This document shows positions 57,669 to 64,000 of a stretch of DNA of 64,000 bases, in pieces. Under the pieces are notes generated by a model that saw only the letters and a list, made by a program, of their open reading frames with translations, was not told the origin of the DNA and did no database searches. The DNA is taken from contig OZ252098.1 in NCBI GenBank assembly GCA_965248355.1, positions 2,656,001 to 2,720,000 on the forward strand, read 5' to 3'. Within the stretch, counting starts at the first letter, position 1. Every line of letters begins with the position of its first letter. The position numbers and the translations under genes were made by a program. The stretch is from Candidatus Latescibacterota bacterium. GTDB taxonomy: Bacteria > Latescibacterota > UBA2968 > UBA8231.

Positions 57669-59042
57669 TCAGGGCGCGTTCTCCGGCGCCGCGGCCGGAC
57701 TCGCTGACTGGCGCCGCTCCAACACACGGGCCCACACCGCGGCCGCCATGACGCACATCAAGGGCAGGGCGGGCAGGTGATACCTGGGCATGACCACGGG
57801 CCCGGGCAGGACCAGGTAGTAGGCCGCGAAGGCCAGGAAGAAGAAGCCGAGAAACCACTCCCCCCGCCGCAGCCAGCGGCCGAGCTGCATCAGGCAGCCG
57901 AGATAGGTCACCCCCACGACGGCGAGGGCGGGCAGCAGGGGCAGCAGCAGCCACGTGCGGTCGCCGAAATAGTGCCGCACGGCGGCCAGGACGCCGCGGC
58001 GGTGGAGGATGTCGAGGGTGCCCCGGCCCGCCTGGGTGAGCCCGAGATGCTCGTAGAAGGCGGGGGCGTCCGGCAGCAGGATCGCGGGGTTGAAGTGCAG
58101 GCTGAGATAGGTCCACTTGTGGGCGGCGATCAACTGCCAGGCCTTTTCGAGCTTGTAGCGGGTGCGGGCGTCCTCGTCGGCATAGCGGGCGGGATGCGCG
58201 GCGAACTCGGCCTCGGCCTGGCCTGTCCAGCGTTGACGCAGGGTGACGCGGGGGACCCCGGCGACCACCGACATGAGGGCCGCGCAATTGTGATAGTAGA
58301 GGGTGTTGCCAAGGTTGGTGTCGAGGCGAAAGCCGCCCCCGGCCAGGGAGTTGCGGTACATCCAGGGAGTCAGGACCGCGGCGAAGATCAGCACGCAGCC
58401 CGCGGCTCCGAGCAGGCGCCGGCGCACGGAGAGGCCCTGGAAGACGAGGACCAGGAAGAGGCAGGGCACGATCCACAGCAGCCCCGTGGGGCGGATCAAG
58501 GTGCCGGCGGCGTCGAGCAGGATCGCCAGCCAGAGATCGGCCAGCCGCCCATGGAAGTAGAAGCGGGCGAAGAAGTAGAGCATCCACGCCGTGACCAGGG
58601 CGAAGAGGGTGTCGGAGAGATAGAACGGGGCATGGGCGATGCTGGTGAGGTTGAGGGCCAGCAGCAGGGCCGCGAGGGTCCCGGCCAGGGGCCCGCCGAA
58701 CCAGCAGCCCACGCGGAACACGGGAACGCAGGTGAGCGCCCCGAGCCCGCAGAAGAGGACCACGGGCAGTTGCAGGCCCTTGCCCAGCAGGCCGAAGACG
58801 AGGGCCAGGAAGGCCGGGTACCCGGGACCGCGCAAGGTGTAGGGCTCGGTCTCGCCCGGGGCCCCCACGTAGCGGCCCTCTTCGAGCAGGGCCAGCGCCG
58901 GCTGGAGGTAGGACGGGGTGTCCGGCCGGAAGAAAGCGGTCTCCGGCGCCGGCAGGCCGGGCATGGCCACGGCGACGCGCAGGACCGCGGCCAGCAGCAC
59001 CACCAGCCAGAGGCTGCGGCCCGGGGTGCGGGGTCCGGTCAG
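57669..59042 (-). CDS. ArnT/GT39-like membrane glycosyltransferase
   Basis: DTPSY, R.PGYP, LSDTL, PWMYRN and PRYHLP motifs with many TM segments. Start uncertain. Confidence 0.72.
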   Translation of the reverse strand: MTGPRTPGRSLWLVVLLAAVLRVAVAMPGLPAPETAFFRPDTPSYLQPALALLEEGRYVGAPGETEPYTLRGPGYPAFLALVFGLLGKGLQLPVVLFCGLGALTCVPVFRVGCWFGGPLAGTLAALLLALNLTSIAHAPFYLSDTLFALVTAWMLYFFARFYFHGRLADLWLAILLDAAGTLIRPTGLLWIVPCLFLVLVFQGLSVRRRLLGAAGCVLIFAAVLTPWMYRNSLAGGGFRLDTNLGNTLYYHNCAALMSVVAGVPRVTLRQRWTGQAEAEFAAHPARYADEDARTRYKLEKAWQLIAAHKWTYLSLHFNPAILLPDAPAFYEHLGLTQAGRGTLDILHRRGVLAAVRHYFGDRTWLLLPLLPALAVVGVTYLGCLMQLGRWLRRGEWFLGFFFLAFAAYYLVLPGPVVMPRYHLPALPLMCVMAAAVWARVLERRQSASPAAAPENAP

Positions 59043-59989
59043 GGCCGGGGGCCTTCGATCCGGTCGATGAGGTGGACGGTGTGGATCACGTCGCGCAGGT
59101 CGGTCAGGGGCACCAGGCCCTTCTCGATGCAGTCGAGGAAGTGCTCGTGCATGGTGAGGGTGCCCTCGTAGAGCTGCACGTCCTCCTCGTCGACGCCGTC
59201 CACCTCCCAGCCGCCCATCACCGTGGTCCCGCCGTCCTCGAGGATCTCGATCTCCCGGGGGATCTTCATGTAGCACCCGACCCCCACGCCATGCAGCTCG
59301 GAGCGCAGGACCCGTCCGCCCGAAGCGCGGTTGCCGAAGACGACGCCGGTGGCGCCGTTGTCGAAGCGGATCATGGAGGTGTAGCAGTTGCGGCTCTCGC
59401 CGCCGAAGCGGTCGCGGTAGGCCGTGACCTCCACCGGCTCGCCGCCGGCCATGTACCGCAGCAGATCGACGACGTGGATCACGTCGTCCCACAAGGTGGT
59501 GCTGAACTCCCTGCCGTCGCCGCCGAGGACCCGCTTGTTGAAGGTGACGCTGGCCACCGAGACCGGTCCCTTGGCGGCCACCCGGCGCATGGCCTCGCGG
59601 GTGACGGCGGCGTAGCGGCGCTGGAGGCCGACCATGCAGTACACGCCGTTGGCCACGGCGGCGTCCAGCATCTGCCGTGTCTCGCCGCTGTCGGCGCCGG
59701 GCGGCTTCTCGATGAAGAGGTGCTTGCCGGCATTGAGGCAGTCGAGGGCCGGGCGCAGCACCCACCGCTCGTGCATGACGCAGTAGACCACGTCGAGATC
59801 GACGGCGGCCAGCATTTCCCGGTGGTCGGTGAAGGTCCGGTCGAATCCGTACTCGTCGACGACGAGCTGCATGCGCTCCGCGTCGAGCTCGCAGACGGCG
59901 GCGACCTCCACGCCGCCGAGGCGGGCAAGGGCGGGATAGTGGGCGCTGCGGGCGCGTCCGCCGGCGCCGATGAAGCCTGCTCTCAGCAT
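59039..59989 (-). CDS. Gfo/Idh/MocA oxidoreductase
   Basis: GFIGAG, EKP and IHVVD motifs. Confidence 0.9.
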   Translation of the reverse strand: MLRAGFIGAGGRARSAHYPALARLGGVEVAAVCELDAERMQLVVDEYGFDRTFTDHREMLAAVDLDVVYCVMHERWVLRPALDCLNAGKHLFIEKPPGADSGETRQMLDAAVANGVYCMVGLQRRYAAVTREAMRRVAAKGPVSVASVTFNKRVLGGDGREFSTTLWDDVIHVVDLLRYMAGGEPVEVTAYRDRFGGESRNCYTSMIRFDNGATGVVFGNRASGGRVLRSELHGVGVGCYMKIPREIEILEDGGTTVMGGWEVDGVDEEDVQLYEGTLTMHEHFLDCIEKGLVPLTDLRDVIHTVHLIDRIEGPRP

Positions 59990-60172
59990 GGGAAGCGGTA
60001 ATTACTGCCGCCGTGACCCATGCCGCAACCGCCGCAGAACACGGCCGGGGGGAGGCCCGGTATTGACCCTGCCGGCAGCAGTCCTATTATATCGGGCTTG
60101 GTATTTCGGGACCGGTCGGGGCCGACGGACCCCGACCGGGAGCCATCCGCCCCCACGAGAAAGAGAGGTCCG

Positions 60173-60889
60173 GTGTCCCTCAAGGAAGGTCTGCAGCTGC
60201 TGCTCAAGGTCCAGGACGTCGACCACGAGCTCAAGGCCCTCGAAGAGGCCAAGAGCAAGTACCCGGCCGAGATCAGCCAGCGGCGCGGGGAGATCGACCG
60301 GGCCGAGCAGGACCTCAGCGAGCTCACCGGACGCCTGGAGGAGCAGCAGCGGCGGCAGCGGCACTTCGAGCGCGAGCTCGAGGAGGCCCGGGACCAGTTG
60401 AAGAAGCTCGAGGCACGGTTCTCCGAGGTCCGGACCAACAAGGAGTACGACGCCCTCCAACTGGAGGTCGAGGCCTGCAAATCAAGGATGTCGGAGTGCG
60501 AGGGCCAGGTCCTCGAGCTCATCGAATCGAGCGAGAGCATTCGCGAGCAGGTCGATCTCGAGCAGCAGGATGTCGAGGCGGTCCGGGAGGAACAGCAGTC
60601 CCGCATCGACGAGTTGCAGACCCGGCTCGACTCCCTCCAGGGGGAGGTGGACGCCGTGCAGCGGCGACGGGAGGCGGAGGTGGAGGGCATCGACAAGAGG
60701 CTGCTGCGGACCTACGAGGTCGCCCGGGGCAGCCGCGGGCTGACGGTGGCCGCCGTTCGCAAGGGCGCCTGCGGCGCCTGCTTCCGCCAGTTGCCGGCGC
60801 AGATGAAGAGCCATGTCCGCCGCCACGAGCAGGTCGTGCACTGCGAGAGTTGCGGCGCCCTGCTGGCCTGGGACGACGAGTCCTCCTGA
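60173..60889 (+). CDS. Coiled-coil C4-type zinc ribbon protein (DUF164-like)
   Basis: TNKEYDAL, CGAC and CESC motifs. Putative promoter TTGACC..TATTAT near 60063-60090. Confidence 0.85.
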   Translation: MSLKEGLQLLLKVQDVDHELKALEEAKSKYPAEISQRRGEIDRAEQDLSELTGRLEEQQRRQRHFERELEEARDQLKKLEARFSEVRTNKEYDALQLEVEACKSRMSECEGQVLELIESSESIREQVDLEQQDVEAVREEQQSRIDELQTRLDSLQGEVDAVQRRREAEVEGIDKRLLRTYEVARGSRGLTVAAVRKGACGACFRQLPAQMKSHVRRHEQVVHCESCGALLAWDDESS

Positions 60890-60913
60890 GGCGGCTCATG
60901 GCGTGGAACGGCC

Positions 60914-61287
60914 GGAGTGGTTCGGGTGAACGCGGGGCCGGCTTGGCCGGCCTCGAGGAAAGTCCGAGCTCCGCAGGGCAGGATGCTGGGTAACGCCCAG
61001 GGGGGGCGACCCCACAGAAAGTGCCACAGAAAACAAACCGCCCGGCCGCTGGCCGGGTAAGGGTGAAAAGGTGAGGTAAGAGCTCACCGCGTCGCCGGCG
61101 ACGGGGACGGCACGGCAAACCTCATCCGGAGCAAGGCCAAATAGGGGAGGAGAGGTGGCCCGCCTCGCAACGACTCCCGGGTAGGCCGCACGAGGCGGCG
61201 GGCAACCGCCGTCCCAGATGAATGCTCACCCGGTGCGCCGGCGCACCCCGCCGGCCGCCGACAGAACTCGGCTTACAGAACTACTCC
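60914..61287 (+). ncRNA. rnpB: RNase P RNA (class A)
   Basis: GAGGAAAGTCCGAGC, AGTGCCACAGAAA, GAGCAAG and ACAGAACTCGGCTTA conserved segments; terminal P1 pairing. Confidence 0.96.
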
Positions 61288-61296
61288 GGCCCTCAC

Positions 61297-62337
61297 GTGC
61301 AGATCGCCATCCTTCCTTTCGTCACCCTGCTCCTGTGGAGCGCCGCCGCGGCCCAGGAGACCTCCCGGGCCGTGGTGGAGACCCTCGCCGTCGCGGCTCC
61401 CTCCGGGGGGCGGCTCCAGGGGCGCCTCGACTGGACGGCGGGCACCCTCACGGTGACCGGCGCGGCGGCGCTCCAAGAGGGTGCCAGTCCCCCCCGGCAG
61501 CGCCTCACGGGATTCCGCGCCGCCAGGGCGGCCGCCCTGGCCGGCCTTCGGGAGGCCGTGTCGAGCGTCCGCGTCGACGCCCGCACCACGGTGGGCACGG
61601 CCATGTCGGCCAGCGGTTCGATCCGGGCCCGGGTGGAGGAACTGGCGCTCAACGCGAGGGTGGTGCCCGGCTCCCGCCGCGAGGAGGAGGGCCTCTGCCG
61701 GCTCGATGTGCGCCTTCCCCTGCTCGGCGATCTCGCCCGGGCCGTGCTTCCCCCCGCCTCCGGCAGGTCCGTCTCCCTGCCGCCGACGGAGCTGCCGGAG
61801 CGCGACTCCCTGGTCGTCTTCGTGCCCGGGGGACCGTACACGGGGCTCGTCGTCGACGCCCGGGGCACGGACCTGCGTCCGAGCCTGTCGCCGCGCATCC
61901 TCGACGACCGGGGCCGCGTCATCTACGCCGCCGCTCACGTCGACCGGGGCCTGGCCGCCCGCGACGGCCTGGCCGGCTACGAGCCGGACCTGCGGCGCGC
62001 CGTCCTCAGCGAGCGCGTCCGGGGGGAGCCGGCTCACCCCTTCCTGGTGGCGGTGATGGGCGTCTCCGGCCCCTACCGCGCCGACGCCGTGATCCGCGCC
62101 GACGACGGCACGCGCCTGCAGCTGGCCGACCTGCACGGCGACTTCCTGGCCAGGGGCCGGGTGGTCTTCGTGATCGGCCCGAGGCCGCCGCCGGAGCCGG
62201 CGGTCATGGATACGGCCGGCGTCCCCGACAGCCTGGCGGCTCCGGTCGTGTATCGAGACTTCCTCGACTCCCTGCTCCAGGCGCGGGCCAGGGCCCTGCC
62301 GGACACGGTCCCGGACTCGGGGAGCGTCTCTCCGTGA
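61297..62337 (+). CDS. Exported LPP20-like protein
   Basis: Signal peptide and YTGLVVDARG..PSLSPRILD motif. Confidence 0.6.
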   Translation: MQIAILPFVTLLLWSAAAAQETSRAVVETLAVAAPSGGRLQGRLDWTAGTLTVTGAAALQEGASPPRQRLTGFRAARAAALAGLREAVSSVRVDARTTVGTAMSASGSIRARVEELALNARVVPGSRREEEGLCRLDVRLPLLGDLARAVLPPASGRSVSLPPTELPERDSLVVFVPGGPYTGLVVDARGTDLRPSLSPRILDDRGRVIYAAAHVDRGLAARDGLAGYEPDLRRAVLSERVRGEPAHPFLVAVMGVSGPYRADAVIRADDGTRLQLADLHGDFLARGRVVFVIGPRPPPEPAVMDTAGVPDSLAAPVVYRDFLDSLLQARARALPDTVPDSGSVSP

Positions 62338-63167
62338 GCACCTTCGCCGACCGCCTGTCGCGGGCCGTCGCCGACCACGACTCGCTCCTGTGCGTCGGGC
62401 TGGATCCGGTCCCCGAGCGCCTGCCCGCCGGCCTGTCCCGCGACCCCTCGGGCGTGCTGGAGTTCAACCGCCGCCTGGTGGAGGCCACGGCGGACCTCGT
62501 CTGCTGCTACAAGCCCAACCTGGCCTTCTACGGCGCTCTCGGCGCCGGCGGCTGGGACGTGCTGGCCGCCACCATCGAGGCCGTGCCGGACGCCGTGCCC
62601 GTGGTGGTCGACGCCAAGTGCGGCGACATCGGCCCCGTGGCCGAACGCTGGGCCCACATGCTTTTCTCCGAGCTCGGCGCCGACGCGGTCACCGTGACCC
62701 CCTACATGGGCTCCGATGCGGTGCGGCCCTTCACCAGCCACGCCGACCGCGGCGTCTTCCTCGTGTGCCTGACCTCCAACCCGGGCGCCGCCGACTTCGA
62801 GAGGCTCGCCGTCGAGGGCGGGGAGAGGCTGTGGGAGCAGGTGGCGCGCCGGGCCCTGGAGTGGAACGCCGAGCACGGCAACTGCGGACTCGTGGTGGGC
62901 GCCACCCGGGCCGAGTCGATGGCCGGGTTGCGAAGGTTGGCCCCGGAGCTTCCCTTTCTGGTGCCCGGCATCGGCGCCCAGGGCGGGGACCTGGCCGGGT
63001 CGGTGGCCGGCGGCCTGCGGAAGGACGGCGCCGGGTTGCTGATCAACGCCTCGCGCAGCGTCATGCACGCCTCGCAGGGGGCCGATTTCGCCGAGGCGGC
63101 GCGCGCCGAGGCTCAGGCGTTGCGGCGCGAGATCAACCGGGTTCGGGGTGTAGCGCAGTCCGGTTAG
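62334..63167 (+). CDS. pyrF: Orotidine-5'-phosphate decarboxylase
   Basis: CVGLDP, KPNLAF, DAKCGDI, VVGAT, PGIGAQGG and NASR motifs. Confidence 0.95.
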   Translation: MSTFADRLSRAVADHDSLLCVGLDPVPERLPAGLSRDPSGVLEFNRRLVEATADLVCCYKPNLAFYGALGAGGWDVLAATIEAVPDAVPVVVDAKCGDIGPVAERWAHMLFSELGADAVTVTPYMGSDAVRPFTSHADRGVFLVCLTSNPGAADFERLAVEGGERLWEQVARRALEWNAEHGNCGLVVGATRAESMAGLRRLAPELPFLVPGIGAQGGDLAGSVAGGLRKDGAGLLINASRSVMHASQGADFAEAARAEAQALRREINRVRGVAQSG

Positions 63168-63221
63168 CGCACCTGCTTTGGGAGCAGGGGGTCGTCGGTT
63201 CGAATCCGACCACCCCGACCA
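63144..63221 (+). tRNA. tRNA-Pro(TGG)
   Basis: cctgc-TTTGGGA-gcagg anticodon arm and a CCA end. Confidence 0.95.
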
Positions 63222-63288
63222 CTTACCGGTTGGCTCGTTCTTTCGCCGGTCCGTATCTTGGATCCCTGTCCCACAAGACTCGCCGAAG

Positions 63289-63365
63289 GTGCCCATAGCT
63301 CAGCTGGACAGAGCATCTGCCTTCTAAGCAGAATGTCCCAGGTTCGAGTCCTGGTGGGCACGCCA
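63289..63365 (+). tRNA. tRNA-Arg(TCT)
   Basis: tctgc-CTTCTAA-gcaga anticodon arm and a CCA end. Confidence 0.95.
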
Positions 63366-63377
63366 TCCTCGACGTGT

Positions 63378-63455
63378 GGTGGATGTAGCTCAGTTGGTTA
63401 GAGCGCCAGGTTGTGGCCCTGGAGGGCGCGGGTTCAACTCCCGTCATCCACCCCA
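63378..63455 (+). tRNA. tRNA-His(GTG)
   Basis: G-1/C73 pair and ccagg-TTGTGGC-cctgg anticodon arm. Confidence 0.95.
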
Positions 63456-63459
63456 TTCT

Positions 63460-63499
63460 CGGCCCTTTGCGAGTCCCTCGCTCAGGGCCGTCTTCTTTT
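63460..63499 (+). terminator. Hairpin terminator after the tRNA cluster
   Basis: cggccct..gcgag/ctcgc..agggccg stem followed by tcttctttt. Confidence 0.6.
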
Positions 63500-63509
63500 G
63501 ATCCGCCCG

Positions 63510-63992
63510 GTGCACGCCGAGAAACTCCTGTCCCGCTCCGACCTGCTCGACCTGCGCGCCGGCTGCCGCCGCGAGGGCCGCGTCGTGGTCTTCACCAACG
63601 GCTGCTTCGACCTGCTGCACCGCGGCCACGTGGAGTACCTGCAGGAGGCCCGGGCCCTGGGGGATCTGCTCGTGGTCGGTCTCAACGACGACGAGGGGGT
63701 GCGCCGGTTGAAGGGCCCGGGGCGCCCCCTGGTGCCGCAGCAGGACCGGGCGGCCCTGCTGTGCGCCCTCCAGGACGTGGGCGCCGTCACCCTGTTCTCC
63801 GGGACCAGCGTCGAGCCTCTCATCGCCGCCCTGCGGCCCGACGTGCTGGTCAAGGGAGGGGACTACGCTCTGGGCGACGTGGTCGGCCGCCGGGTGGTGG
63901 AGGAGGCCGGCGGCCGGGTACGGGTGCTGTGCCACGTCCGCGGCCGGTCGACGGAGACCCTTCTCGCGCGGACATCCCGGGTCTCCGGGTGA
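63510..63992 (+). CDS. rfaE2: D-glycero-beta-D-manno-heptose 1-phosphate adenylyltransferase
   Basis: FTNGCFDLLHRGH, GLNDD, KGPGRP and VKGGDY motifs. Confidence 0.9.
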   Translation: MHAEKLLSRSDLLDLRAGCRREGRVVVFTNGCFDLLHRGHVEYLQEARALGDLLVVGLNDDEGVRRLKGPGRPLVPQQDRAALLCALQDVGAVTLFSGTSVEPLIAALRPDVLVKGGDYALGDVVGRRVVEEAGGRVRVLCHVRGRSTETLLARTSRVSG

Positions 63993-64000
63993 GCGCCTCC

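Overview
High-GC bacterial chromosome segment. Secreted proteins with 'PNPFN' FlgD/T9SS-like tails and a 'TAVESTTWARIK'-type C-terminus suggest an FCB-group organism such as Ca. Latescibacterota (inference). 1-15.5 kb is a decaying accessory zone. It holds a tandem array of secreted proteins with near-identical shared tails and heads, four IS elements (two IS256, one IS630, one IS3) whose ends and target duplications are readable, and a defence-like locus. That locus is a SAMHD1-like HD hydrolase, a YwgA/Panacea-like partner, an N4-C methyltransferase and a doubly inactivated MjaI-family endonuclease. 15.5-31.9 kb is an N-methylglutamate (methylamine) pathway cluster with two unusual gene fusions. 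It is interrupted by a 1435-bp transposase-less mobile cassette with IS1-like inverted repeats and an 8-bp TSD, carrying one secreted passenger gene. The rest is mostly core genome: glcF, murB, yaaA, hpt, recA, prmC-prfA-rpmE2-rho, dnaG, five tRNAs, rnpB, pyrF (running into tRNA-Pro) and rfaE2. It also has a stand-alone type II fatty-acid cluster containing both FabA and FabZ. All calls come from motif recognition by eye; no database searches were run.
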